The translations under genes and the position numbers were made by a program. This document shows, piece after piece, positions 14,008 to 27,615 of a DNA stretch of 64,000 nucleotides. Origin of the DNA: Narcine bancroftii (Eukaryota); contig NC_091477.1 of the NCBI RefSeq assembly GCF_036971445.1, forward strand, positions 107,508,001 through 107,572,000, given 5' to 3'. How positions within the stretch are numbered: the first letter of the stretch is position 1; each line of letters opens with the position of its first letter. The notes beneath the pieces are model-generated. The model had not been told where the DNA came from and searched no databases. It was given only the letters and a program-made list of their open reading frames with translations.

Positions 14008-17000
14008 AATGTATCTTGCTGTTAGAATTTAGATATTCAGCTATTTTGACTACTAGAGGCTTCTGCACTCCAGCTGATCTTCTGCAAGTTAGATGATCTA
14101 ATCAAAATTTGGGAAATAAATTGGGCCATGTCCAGCAGAAATTAGGCAGGAAAGGATTGCTCAACCAGAGTCTTATAAGCTGTTAGATGTAAAGTGTTTC
14201 CACAATAGTAGCAATAAATACAAATCAGCTGAAATGGGAATATTGATTTTCTGATATCAAAGAAATGGTGTGTGCCCCTGCCTGGGCCTCCCTCTGGCTT
14301 TCCCTAAGCTAAACATTGATTATTTTTCACATCAGGATTTGTGCACAGAATCATCGAACACTGTCCTCCTCTGCACAAAATGGAAGCATTAATATTCAAC
14401 ACAAGAAGCCTGCTAATGCATTAAAATGCACCATCTGCCACACTGCACTCACAGAGCTTTAGAACGTGTTTGCCGTATTGCACCACTATATTTGTAATCC
14501 CTCCAGGAAAACTGTCAAAAAGTTTCTGTTTCAATTACTTGAGGTACCTTGCCTCAAAAAAAAATATAACAATTGAACAAGAAAAATCATCACAAATTAA
14601 AAGTCAGATTTAGAAACATTTCTTTAATAGTTAAATCTACTCAAAGATTGTAATAATGTGACGCACTGCATTGGGTCTTAAACGAAACGATTTAATTAAT
14701 TAATTACCTGGTTAATTTTAGTTTGATTTTTTTAAAATTGGCTCTAGCCAGTAAAAGTTAATTTTCAATTAATAATGATTTTGAAAACTTCAGGTGACAC
14801 TGCATTTTCTTCATTCTGATGGAGAGCTTTCCTTTAAGATATTTTTCCAGATCCATAAGGGGGTTCTTGATTATTTCACCAATGTTCAATAGAATACATT
14901 TTCACACTAGCAAAATAGTCAAAGTTTGATTTTGCGTTTTTGCTATTTTGTTTTCAATTTTTTCATTCTTTCTATAAATTGGGAGGATTAGGTGAAGACC
15001 CAGACCACAAAATACATGTGATCTCATGGGTTGAAAGAAGTAGGAAAAAGCCAGTTAAACAAAATGTGGAGACCATACCCAGCTCAAAAGAACGTGCTGG
15101 GGAAGAGACGAGGAAGGCAAACAACAATGAACTAGGAAAGGATGAATAAAAGTGTTTGATGTTAGTCTGCAAGAAGAAGAATGTACAGGAGAGTGGATTT
15201 ATTATAACATGCAATAGCATCATTAACTCATTGTATAAGAAGATTAATAAGAAGTTCTGGTTCTTAATTTGCATCATTGTGAGCTGAAATTTATCCTTGT
15301 TAATTCTGAATGCGATTAGAGCAAAGTGATCATTAGGGCTAATATCCCTCAGGTGTGAATCAATTTAGTAATAATAATACTTAAGTAACCAGTTCCAGGA
15401 CTGCCGATATCGGTATTCACCCACTCGATAGGACAAAACACCCCCTTTTTCTGGGACCAATCTGCAACCATGAAGATCCACTACCAATGCATCTGGCCTC
15501 AGTGAGTATGATCTAGAGTGCACCGAAGTTACTTGCTCATGCTGTTTTGCCAAGAATTTGCAGAAAGAGAGCCATCCTATGGAAACACCAGTGCCTGCAA
15601 GTTCACTTCCATGTCACACATCCTCTTAATCTAGTATAATATTAACCTTCATTTTTCACTAGATAAAGCCTTTCTTCACCGTGATAATTTAATCATCAAC
15701 TTCAGATCATTTGTCTCTTCTTTGACAAGTCATATGCTGAATGAAGCTGGTTCAGTGGGGTAATAATGAGCTAATTGATAAGTCAAGACCATGGCATAGG
15801 TTTTATTCCCTTTGCCATTTCCCCCAAAGGAGATGCATCTTAGCACTACTGCCCACCCACTATGGCTGGCTGGCTGGCTATCATCAAAGCACCTTTTTAC
15901 CTTCATAATCATGGAGCATTAATAAGCAGAAATTTTAGACAAGGAAAAGTCATTTTCATTGATAGGCAGCCATAAAGGGGGTAAGTATATTGAGAGATGA
16001 ATGAAGCAAAGATAACTTTTCATAGTTTCTGGATTTGTTCTGCAGAGTACTTTAAATCAACTGTAAGCATATTTAATGGTCCCCCCTCATTTTGGGTTAC
16101 CACAACATTTCTTTTCTGATTGAAGGGATGGCAAGCAGGTGATAAGCTGACTTAAATTGTGCCCATTTGTGCTACTCTACAAAGTGAAAATCCATTCAAT
16201 AGTCTTGCATGTAATCATTATGTTTATAAATGCAGCACCAAGCATTGCTTTAATGTTGGCACAGAGATTGTTGTGTGTCAACTTGAAAGCTGCAAAGGAT
16301 ATTCAGTGTTTTGACACCAAGAAAAATATAATCTATTCTGACTCCTTGATGTTTCCTTCCCTTTGCTACCAAACCAAACCACTTTCCAGGACTTCTACGT
16401 GAGTATTGATGCCACAGTTAGGCTTTTCCTTGTGGATTTTCCTGGTCAACCTCTGGTGGATAATTCCTCTCCTTATGGCTTTCCTCTCATTTCACCCTCA
16501 TCTTATCCTTGAGGCTCATTTTCTGCTCCCTCAGCATCATTCTCACTGAACTAACCATCTTCCCTGACAGGACCTCTCTGCTATCTTTTCCTTCTTATTG
16601 GTTACTACCCTGTGACCCAGGAGTTCTGTCAATCCTCGCTTGAACTTTGAACAACAGGTTTCTCATCTGCCGGAGCATTGGAATGTATTGGTTCAAGACC
16701 TTACCTTTGTCAATTAGTCCTCCTGATTTTCCCTTCTGTCTTTGATAATTAAGGATGGGTGGAGATTCCCCAGAGCAGGGTTAAATGTAGACATTGGATT
16801 TTATAATCAGTGATGAAGTGAGATCACAGGGACAGGTGGATTACTCATGCTTCTCATTTATATATTTGTATGTTTTTCCAACAGCTTCTCCCCATTGAAG
16901 ATGTGCCTGATACCTTGAAGGGCTCAGGCTCGTAACATTGATTATCATTTAATTCCCGTCAACATTGCGTGATCTGCTGAGTTTCTCCAGCACTTGTGCG

Positions 17001-17979
17001 CATTGCACTACAATCACAGTGTCTGCAGACTTTCATATTTAACAAGATATTGCAGATGCTGGAATCTAGAGCAAGTGGGTCTCAACGTGAAAGGTTGACC
17101 ATCCCTTTTCCTCCATAGATGCAGATATTCTCCATTGGTCAGGTTGGCAAAGTAGTCTTGTTTCATTTTTACTTATTCACCCATGGGTTGAGCATCTCGC
17201 TAAATGAATTTATTTCCTACATAAACCTGGAATTGCCCTCAGGAATATCATCATTAACTCTCCTTTTTTAAATTCTGTTTTGACAGTTGATGGGATAAAT
17301 TCTATGCACACAATTCAATATTAATGCCACCTAAATCAAGACAATTAGTTGAGGGGAAATATTTAGAAATTTGCTTCTCTTACATCAGATTGTTTCACTA
17401 ATATTAATCACAGATGAGATGCACAATTTTCTTGCAGTTTATTTAAAAAAAAATCTGGGAAGAATGAAATTTCCTAACCTTCAATTCCCAAAGAAATGCT
17501 GTCCCTTACCATGGATCTTGAGTTCTTCTTCTTAAACACTGTATCAAATCATTCAGAGGCTGAGCTCTTCAATCAAAACCTGCGTTTCCAACTTATCCTT
17601 CCTGTAGTAATGGCTGCTTATTTTCAGCCCTGTCACATTCCTCCATTCTTCCCTACCTCAACCATCTTCTGCCAAAACCACCACTCATCCTTGTGTCACT
17701 TTGATTTCACGATTCTGATGTTTTTCTGGGCTCTTTCTCTACCTTCCTGAAAGTTTTAACTTTTATCCTATTCATGATTAAATACCTTTTATCCATCATT
17801 CCTGTTTCTGTTAAGTTCATTAATATTCTTAATATTCTTTTAAGTTTCATTAAAAGGTTGAGCATATCGGGAATGACATTTGAGTTGCATCTATTTCAAT
17901 GCAAGGAGTAAGGAGGATGAGCTTGGATCAACATATTTGAATTAAGTAATTGGGCCATTAGTAATGAGATTTGGTTATA

Positions 17980-18722
17980 AGAGAGGCAAGACTGGTAGCT
18001 CAATGTTCCAGGGTTCAATTTCATTAAATGCGATAGAGAGGGAGGGATGAAAGGGAAAGGGATGGTGTTGCTATTCAGGGAAAATGTAATGGCAGTGCTC
18101 AGACAGGACCGGTTAGAGACCTCATCTACTGAGGCTATATGGGTGGATCACAGTAGATGGGATTAAATTAGTTTTGCGGGAGAAGCCAGAGAGTTGTAGT
18201 AGATGACTGGAGGTCTGTGACAAGTAGCGTGCCTCAGTGATTGGTGCTGGGATCTCTATATCAACAAACTGGATGGATAATGTGGAAATTGGATTTGAAA
18301 ATTTGCAGATGGACTTGAATTATAGGGAAAGGAATAAATTAAGACTTTATTTCATAGAGTTTTGGAGAATGAAGGGAGATTTGTTAGAGGTATACAAAAT
18401 TATGAAGGTATAGATAAATAAATGTAAGCAAGCTTTTTCCACTGAGATTGGGTGAGACAAGGACCAGAGGAGATGGATTAATGATGAAAGGTGAAATATT
18501 TAAGGGGAACCTTTTTCACTCAATTGTGGAATAAGCTGCCAGCTAGAATGATGGATAGGGATTCAATTTCAACATTTAAGAGAAATTTGGACAGGTTTAT
18601 GGATGGGAGGGGTATGGAGAGCTATGGTCTGGGAGCAGGTCAATGGGGCTAGGTGGAAAAATAGTTTAACATGCACTAAGTGGGGTAAAGGGCCTGTTTT
18701 GGTGCTGTAGTATTCTATGGTT
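17980..18722 (+). mobile_element. Degenerate CR1 LINE fragments including the 3' end
   Basis: SSVPQ..VLG, KFAD-like, RMKGDLLEVYKIM; 3' tail GGGCCTGTTTTGGTGCTGTAGTATTCTATG. Confidence 0.75.
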
Positions 18723-20374
18723 CATTAGTTGCCATTCCTTCATGGCTGCGATAAAATTCCCATCCTTCAAGTTCTTCTGCTATGCCCTATTGTATCTCTA
18801 TAATCTTTCTTGAACGATGACCATGAAACTACGAAATATTCATCAAAATGACCGTGAAGAATGGAAGTGTGGTACCCGCAGGTATGGCCTTGATTTGACT
18901 GCAGATTCATAGTAAGTGGTTGACTCGTACTTGGGTCTAAAATGCCTGAGAGCGTTACCCAGTTCAGGGGCAATAAGAGGGGTGGGGAGAGGAAATGAAA
19001 CCTGGCCTACATTGTGTGAGAAAATAATCTCCTCTGAGCTGTTCAATCCACATTTTTCAGCTTCATAAAGAATTGTTTTCTGCACAGTTATCCAATTATT
19101 AGTCATAAATAAAAGGAAATGAGGAAAAGGGCAGAGAAAGTGTAACAAAAATGCTTAATTCAGCTGTCTTCTTTAAATATTGTGACTAATATCTGCTAGC
19201 GTATGTGATCGAACAGTGAGAACAAGCAGCTTCTTAAGGCTTTTCAATCTTACTTTTTTTTGTGATTTGGCACTGATATCATGAATAGTGTTACTGCCAC
19301 TTTTGCAAAATAAACAAAGCAATATCCTTGGTGCTGGGAGTGTGCAGCAACAAGATGCGCGATTTTCAACAGCATATTGGTTGGACGATTGCATCAGGCA
19401 TCAATCACTACTGGTGGAGGCACATAAGCCAAACACCACGGCTGTCAGCATGTTGATTGGTTGAATCCTACACCATGACAGATCAATGGTGCAGTTTATT
19501 TATCTGTGCATGGGCTCTTGAATAGCATTTGTAATTTAAAATCAATTTAAAGTACAAAATGAGGACTGAATTTTACAGCAATATGAATGGCAGTCGGTGT
19601 ATTCATATAAATTATACTATTAGTTTTGCTTATTGTGTTGACTCGACAATGATGCATATCTATTTTGGGGATTTCCTGTCTTTTTAAAAAAAAAAATCTG
19701 ACTGAAATCAGCTACAGACAAATACACCCAGAATCAGAAAAGCTCTGATGAAAACTTATTTTAATAATAACAATGCACATTCTAATGTGCATTAGTACTC
19801 CTGGGATACTGTGTTTGTACTGGAGACCTTGGGCCAGCATTCTGACTCCATCTCCTTCAATCTCACCCCGTCAGAGATATTTCCTTTGCTCTACTCATCA
19901 CATCTTCCCCCACCCCCCAGCAAAATGAGGGGCCCTCGCTGGACAACTGGGGACCTTGCCCCAGACCCGTGGAGATCAGGGTGGGTGTGAGTGGGAGTGA
20001 GTTTCATCAGATTTTTAATGTCTAATGCCCTGCCATCTCTTCTACTGAAAGCTATCTCTTTTTCTCCTACATCTTCTGATCAGGGATCTCAGATCTGAAA
20101 TGTTAAGTCTGTTTCTCTTACCACAAATGCTGTTTGACCTGCTGTTTCCAGTATTTTCTGTTATGGCACAAGTGCTCTCAGTTATTGCAATACATTTGAA
20201 TAAGTTACTCTTCCATTCTTCTGCCATTAGGGAGTCGAGATGAAAATGTGAGTTTGTGACTGATTCCATCAGTGTTCAGTATATCACTTCACTGTTTTCT
20301 ACAAGCTTGTTGACGTTCTTGAGGTTCCAGTTATAAGACCCACTGTAATCATTTAATGACAACTTGAGACAATT

Positions 20375-20689
20375 TTGGGTGTGCAAAACGTTGTTGTTTA
20401 AGAAACATGGTTACAAATGTGAACCAAACATTTATAATCAAAATAGGTTAATCTTTGATTGGAAAATCTTACCATCAGGTTGGGTGTGCATAACGTTGTT
20501 GTTTAAGAAACATGGTTACAAATGTGAACCAAACATTTATAATCAAAATAGATTAATCTTTGATTGGAAAATCTTACCATCAGGTTGGGTGTGCATAACG
20601 TTGTTGTTTAAGAAACATGGTTACAAATGTGAACCAAACATTTATAATCAAAATAGATTAATCTTTGATTGGAAAATTTTACCGTCAGG
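20375..20689. repeat. Tandem triplication, 3 x 105 bp
   Basis: Copies start at 20375, 20480 and 20585 with only a few mismatches. Confidence 0.95.
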
Positions 20690-21550
20690 AAACCACGTGA
20701 GGCAATGAACTGTTAGAATTTTTTGTAAATTTGGAGGTACACTTGTTATTTACTCATTGTTCTTTTACCTGGTGGTGATCATGAGTCTGATAGAAATAAA
20801 TGAAAAAAAATCACAACATGCTTAAGTGGGCCTTGTAGATCGTACACACTGATCAAAAGATCAACGTTGAAATTTGTGATGACATTACAATTAAATAGGG
20901 TTTTCTTTATGGTTAATATTTCAAATTGAGTTTGTTCTTATTTTTTTTTACTGTTCCCCCCTCCAAAACTGGCAATATGTTAAAGAATACCTTGACTATT
21001 TTGGTTTGCATCCTATTGCAGACACTTTTGTTCTCTTAGCTCTGCTCTTTTTCTGAATCTTGAAACATGACTGTTTTCCAGTGGCGGTGAAAGGTCATCA
21101 ATCTAAAACATTGACTTTGTTTCTCTCTTCATGGATGACATCTGTCTGATCTGCCCGGGGGTGGGGGGGGGTTCTTTTATTCTTTGGTTTTTTTGTTTCA
21201 AGTTTCCAGGATCTGAAGTTTTTAAAAAAAAAGACATGAGCTACGGTTGGAACTCGAGTCATGCCACATCAGTGGAGGCAAAGGGATGATTGATGTTTTG
21301 GTTCAGGACTGTTTCAGAGACTCAACCTTAAATGTCAATCATCCTTTTGCCTCTGCAAATTTTGCCTGATCTACTGTGTTCCTCCAGCAACTGGTTTTTG
21401 CTCCCAATTCCAGCATCTGTTGTTTCTTTTATCCTTCAATTGGGCTGCTTTGCTTCAGACATTATTATATTTCTTGAGTATTAGAGCTACTCAGGTAAGT
21501 GGATCATGCCATGTGGAAGATGACGTCTTTGTGGAATCGGGAGGCAAATC

Positions 21551-21815
21551 GGGCAACACAGTTGGTGTAGCATTCAGGGTTACACCCTTGCAGCGCCAGC
21601 GATCAGGTCTGGACCAGGATTCGAGTCCCGCGCTGTCTGTAAAGTGTGTGTACATTCTCCTTGTGTCTACATGGGTTTTCTCCAGGAGTTCCAGTTTCCT
21701 CCCACCCTTAAAAACTTACTGGGGGTGTGGATTAATGCGGTGCAAATTGGGTCGTATGGACTCGTGGTCAAAAATGGCCTGTTACCGTGCTGTATGTGTA
21801 AATTTTAAAAAAAAA
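21551..21815 (+). mobile_element. tRNA-derived SINE (V-SINE/HE1-like)
   Basis: A-box-like TGGTGTAGC, B-box-like GGATTCGAGTCC, same core, tail GGCCTGTTACCGTGCTGTAT. Confidence 0.8.
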
Positions 21816-24800
21816 TTATTATGTCATTCACCACAGGACTGCCTGTTTCCAATTGAGTTATGGAGAATGCAGTTAACAGAGTATATGGAATCAAGGATTC
21901 TATAAGGGTAGTAGGCACAAAACCGAAGAATTCATACTAAGCTTCTATCAAATTCTGGTTAAGCAGAGTATTTCACCCAGTTCTGTTCATTCTCATTTTG
22001 GAAGGACCTTGAGAGGATTCTGAGATTACAGAGTTTGGAAGTTTCATCAATGGTAAGGTCATGATAAGCATCCTTTTGCTGGAAACAACTGTTCTCACTC
22101 CAGGTTTTAATTTCAGCCCTTGGTCAGGAATACATCATTTGTGAATTTATGCTTATCTTTAATTAGCTTGGTTTGCATTCAATGGCTGGACTGTCTAGTA
22201 CTATAGAATTGCCAAAAGCTCCTGTTCAGCTGCTGAACTCCAGGAAAAATCACATCATTAAAGCTTGGTCTCTGGCAAAGAAACTAGTGGCCACTTCGGT
22301 AGTTATGCAGGAATCCTTGGTGGCACTTGCACAGAGAAATGACTGTATTTCCATGGTCATAAAATGTTTATACCTAATTTCCCTCAAGAAGCTGAAGTTT
22401 TATGTGCAAATGTATTCAGTCCTTAAAATTAAGCAAGTTTCTTCCCACACAAATGATTATAATTCCACAGTGGGCTTGTAAACAATCTATTATATGTGCA
22501 TTCATTTTAAATATAACATTTCTTTATTGGAGAAAGAGTATGGAGTTATCCCTGCTGTCCTTGTTAGCATTTCCAACACCCCTCCCCCCCACCCAGACTA
22601 GAGCAGATTCCTTAATTATTTATGTTTATTTGGCCTCTGTGTTCAAAGTGCCTGCTGCATTCCAATACATGAAAGTCTCTAATCTTCAAAGTAATTCAAT
22701 ATACATTGGGGGAGGGGGCTCGTGGCCCAGAAGGATCTGTTTCCGTGCTGTATGTCTAAATTTTAAAAATAAAATTAATCAATTTTAAGTATTTCAGTTC
22801 AGAGAAATTGTATAAACATTTATTTATAAATTCTTTTTCTCCTTCAAAAATATATACAATCTTGTTGATCAACTTTCCAAAATTTGTACAGCCAGAAGAG
22901 CTGAATAATCCCTGAAGGTTGCAGATGACTGAAGAAAACAATTGGAAAGTATGTACAGCTTCATTAAGGTCATGCCATTAGTAAATTACATTGATATTAT
23001 AAAATTATAATACATTATAAAATGAACAGAAGTTACAATGAATGCATTTTCTCCATGTTATGAAACTATTCTGGTTCACTGAGGAGAGCCTGGTGGTCCA
23101 AAGTTTTTTTTTCCCCTCCCAAATCTTGCTTCAGATAATTAGATGAACAAAGGTGACCTTCCTTTGTTGGTATTCAAAATTCTGGATAGAACCAATCCAA
23201 CTGCAAATGACCGTGGAGTTACAACCCATGACTGGCACAAATTTAAAATCCTATTCGAATACACAACGTAGTGAGTGAGAAATATGGGACAGTCTCATTT
23301 TAGTGTTGCAGGATATGATCTTCAGGGGCAATGGCATGTCACAAGATGCAGTAAGAGCGAGAGCAGTTATTGACTGATACGAGTGATGGGATGGCCTGAA
23401 ACAGCCATTGAAATTGGAAAGGAATAGAAGAGTTCCATTCTTTTGCACAGTACTTTGTTATATTTTTTAAAAGTTAGCTGTGACCACAAAGTAGGGCAGC
23501 TTCTTTTATTACAATGGGTAGGATTGTTTAATAAGAATAGTACCAGATTTGACTATTGTGTCTCTTCCTGCCAAAAGATCAATCAAGAATGGATAGAAAA
23601 TGATTGTTCTGTCAATTTTTGAAACATTCATTGATCAGTTTGAAGCCATTATGAGTGGATTAGTGAGAGATATAGCGTAGAGTCAGTGTCAAATGATTCT
23701 GTAATGGCCTAGTTCCTGAAAATGGAAATGTATCCTCCCTTGTTCTTAATCTGCATATACAGACACAAGTAGAATTAGTATGGCCAGTCCTGTGTGAATT
23801 CTAATATTATCTGATTGCACAAGTACAACCCAATGAAACAGTGTTCTCCAGTCCTCAGTGCAAAACACGTAGACACACAACCAGACATAACACACATATG
23901 CCTATGGTAAGTATGAGCAGTTCTTTTGGTAATTTAATAGTCTCACAGGCTGTGGAAAGAAGCTGCCTAGTGTTGGTGGCTCTCCTTTCTACTCCTTTAT
24001 CTCTTTTTCCTAGTGGAGCAGCTAAAAAATGCTGTGTGGGGGTGGAAGGAGTCTTCATTGATTTCGTGTGCCCTCCTCAGACAATGATCCCAATAGATCA
24101 CATCATTGGGAAAGATGGGGGGAAATCCAGTGATAAAGCATGGTTTTTTTAAAAAATTTGCTCGACAGTTGATTTAAATCAAACTCTGACATTCTCTGTA
24201 ACAGGAAACTAAAATCTGGTGTTAAACCAAAATGCAGATTGAACACCTATTCTTTTGATTTTTGCCTTGTTTCCCTTTTATTCACCGTATCTTTGCTTTC
24301 AAAGGTTCTCTAGCATTCTGAAACATTGATTTGTTGCCCTTTCACTTCTCTCTTCTCCTTTAAGTCCCAAAACTGACTAAAGTTTTGGTCCCCCTTAACA
24401 AAATCTTCTGAATTATATTTCTGTGAAATATTGGAAGATTTCTCTCCATTACCAACTCAAGTTACTGATAGGCCTCCAGCTTTTACATCTTCTGTCCCTC
24501 AGAGGAATAAATGTGATTGTGACAAGGGGGTAAAAACTGAAACAATGAACTTGAAGAGTTAATGCTACATTATTTTAAATTATGCAGTTACCCTTTACAA
24601 AGTAGTTTCAATGCCACAGAATATTTTAACATCCCTTCACTTTGGGACAAAGATTTTGTGCCTCATGTCCCTGCTCCCGGCTTTTTAATTTCCTTCCCTG
24701 TATGTCCTTTCTGCTTCCCACCTTTCTCCATCTGCTTCCACACTATCCATCTAATCATAACCCATATTCTTCTGCTCCTGGCTACCAAAATTGGTGCACT

Positions 24801-26179
24801 AATGTTTGGAACAGTTACATCCATCTGTCCAGCAGTATAAGGCCATACTTTCAAATTTAAGATCATAAAACAGCAAGTTCTAGAAAGTACAACGTGAATG
24901 TGGAAATAGTTTGCAGAACAAGAATATGGAGTTTCAAGAAAGAACTAGACAGTTGCTCAGCAGCAAAAGAAATTCATGACTGATAGAAATTCACGACAGG
25001 ATGGGAACATTAGATAGATTACTGGAATTGATAATAGATGTGTGGTTTTGTTTTCAAGTTATTGGAACCAAATAAACATTTCATCTTCAAAATGAAATAC
25101 TGTCTCAAAAAAAGACAATGATAAATAGATGCAGGCATGCATTCAACATAAGATGCAGAGGGATCTAAAAATAATTAACTGGTTAATAGTCAAACAATCA
25201 AGTACTATTAAGGTGGAACAACAAACTATCTGCAGGGGAAAAATAGTCAACATTTCAGGTCTGAATCCTTTAAGACTGATGAAATTGACCTTGAATTCCT
25301 TTAAATGTTCCCCTCTTTATTTTCATCTATGTCCCCTAGTTTTTTTTATTCCCCTAGTAAAGGAGAATTTAAAACTATGACCGTTCACCTCAGCCATGCC
25401 CCTCATGATTTTGTATATCGCTATATCGCTATGTGGAACCCCATAGTTATGAACCTGAAGCTGACCAGAAGTAGAAATGGCACCAACTTCCTGTTCGAGT
25501 GTGGTTGAGTCTAATTTAAATTAAATTATTTTTCTTAAAACAGTAAGCAATCTGAGGCAGTGCATTTCTTCAGCATTTGATTAATAACTGAATATTAACC
25601 AAATTGCAAATACAAATATCACAACCTCCCAGACCCCAAATGTCCACCATCACCGACCTTCCAGAAGCAGGTTTCCAACCCATTCTCAGCCGCACACAGA
25701 GAATCTCTAAAGATAAACATTATCACTGAAAATTTATGAGAGAGGCAGGAGATTCTGAAGCTTGAATTCAGGGTATAAGCATCAAAATATAAAACTTTCA
25801 AGAGGTGGAAAGATCTTGGGGAGATTCAAACAAGAATTCTGTGTTAGATAATGGGAGACTACTAAGGGATTCACAGGGCCCTGAAACTGGAGGATGGGAG
25901 GAACGAGAAATAAGAGTATTGATGAGACGTAGACAGATTTGAGTGCATCGTAGTAGTCAAGAACAATGTCATTTAACAAAAGGGTGGAGAGAAAATTGAC
26001 CAGCCAGTGGAAATCCGATGGAAACAGTCCATGGCCAAAATGTGTTTGTATTTGGTGAGATGAGAGAAATTAGACAAAGATGCGAATATGGTGGTGGTTG
26101 AGGGGACTATCTGAAACTGAGCAAATGACCAAAGGGAGATGGCAGGGGCAGAAAAACTGACAGTTCAATCTTAATAATT

Positions 26180-27115
26180 CATGAAATTCTCACTTAGGGC
26201 CACACCAGTCCACAGATGACCCTCCACTCTGTCCTGACCTATGAAAAGAATTACGCCTCCTTCGGCAGGTTGTTGTTCATTGATTTCAACACTATCATAT
26301 CTCAGAAGCTGGTTGGATAAATTGACTTGCGAGGACTCAACACCCCTCTCTGCAACTGGATCCTAGGACATCTTGACCGAAAGTCCACAGTTAGTCCAGG
26401 TTGGCTGCAAGATCTCAAGTCCCATCACATAGAGCACCTCAGCCAGATTCAGTTCAAACCGAATCATCAAAGTTTGCGGAGGCTTGTCAAATGGTGCGAG
26501 AACCATCCGAGCCTCAACGTTGACAAGACAAAGGAGATGATTGTGGATTTCAGGAAGACTAAGGTCAACCACGACAGAACCTCTGGCATAGAGAGCTGAG
26601 AGCACGAGTTCCTTGGTGCACATATAACAAGAAGACCTATCCTGGACCCACGACAACCGCGCCTACACTTCCTAAGGAGTTTGAGGAAGGCAAGGCTACT
26701 GCATCCCAGCTTAACAACATTTTACAGGTTCACAATTGAGTGTGTCCTGACGGGTATGGTGGCTGCAAAGGAAGTCAATACCGAGAATCATCAAAGCAGT
26801 TGGGAACATCACTGGGATTTCTCACTGCTTAAATAGGGCTCTTTAGTATTTTTGACATACTACCATCAGGAAGGAGGTACAGAAACATCAAAAATCAGGA
26901 TTGCCAGGCTGGGAAATATTACTTAACATTCATTGATGAATGATATCCTGTAACCTTGAGTCTCTTATAAATTAAACAGTAAATTATTTATATTTATTTT
27001 ATGCACTTATGAAATTGCATGCTACATTTGCAAATGTATTACGTGTGTGCACTGTGGTCCAGAGAAATGTTGTTTGTCTGGTTGTAGATGTACAGTCTAG
27101 GTCACGATTTTGAAC
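26180..27115 (+). mobile_element. L2/Rex-Babar-like LINE fragment
   Basis: PLCNWIL, WCENHPSLNVDKTKEMIVDFRK; other copies at ~23790-24090 (-), 45890-46130 (-), 60480-61110 (+), 62940-63360 (-). Confidence 0.8.
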
Positions 27116-27246
27116 TTGTTGGAAGTGAAGGTGGCAGAACCAGGACTTTGAGGTCATGGCTCGTATCAATTAAAAGCTGCAGGAGTTACTTTAGAAACCT
27201 TGAATCAGCTGGTTTGATAATGGTCAAAGATCAGTAGTTGTAAGTA

Positions 27247-27615
27247 CAGGTTATACCTCTTATCCAGCACTCGGTGGTCTGGCAACTCCCATGGTCCGGA
27301 ACATTGGAATTCACCAGTTAGTACAAATTCCTTACAGACAACACTGGACTCCATCCCGGTCCCGATCATGGCAGATTCAATCTGGGTCCAGAGTTCAAGT
27401 ACCATGCTGTAAGGAGTTTGTATTAATGTCCCGATCGCTGGTGCTATAAAAGCATTGCACTAACCGTGCCACCCCACAGTATTTCCTGTTTTAAGTTTTG
27501 TTCTACTTTTGATATGTTTACCCTTTTCCCTTAGGGGTCCATTTGTGTTTTCTGGCATTTTCTGTGGTTTGGCAATGGCCAGGTCCCAACATTGCCAGAT
27601 TAGAAGTACAACCTG
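27247..27615. mobile_element. Tc1/mariner-Tigger-like MITE
   Basis: TA-flanked ~23-bp imperfect TIRs CAGGTTATACCTCTTATCCAGCA / TGCCAGATTAGAAGTACAACCTG. Confidence 0.7.

Noticed and set aside
20364-20708. 114-aa ORF with a 35-aa repeat
   Set aside because: By-product of the 105-bp triplication; non-ATG start and no splice context
21551-21640. tRNA-like A/B boxes (also near 1330-1385 and 35256)
   Set aside because: These are heads of tRNA-derived SINEs, not tRNA genes
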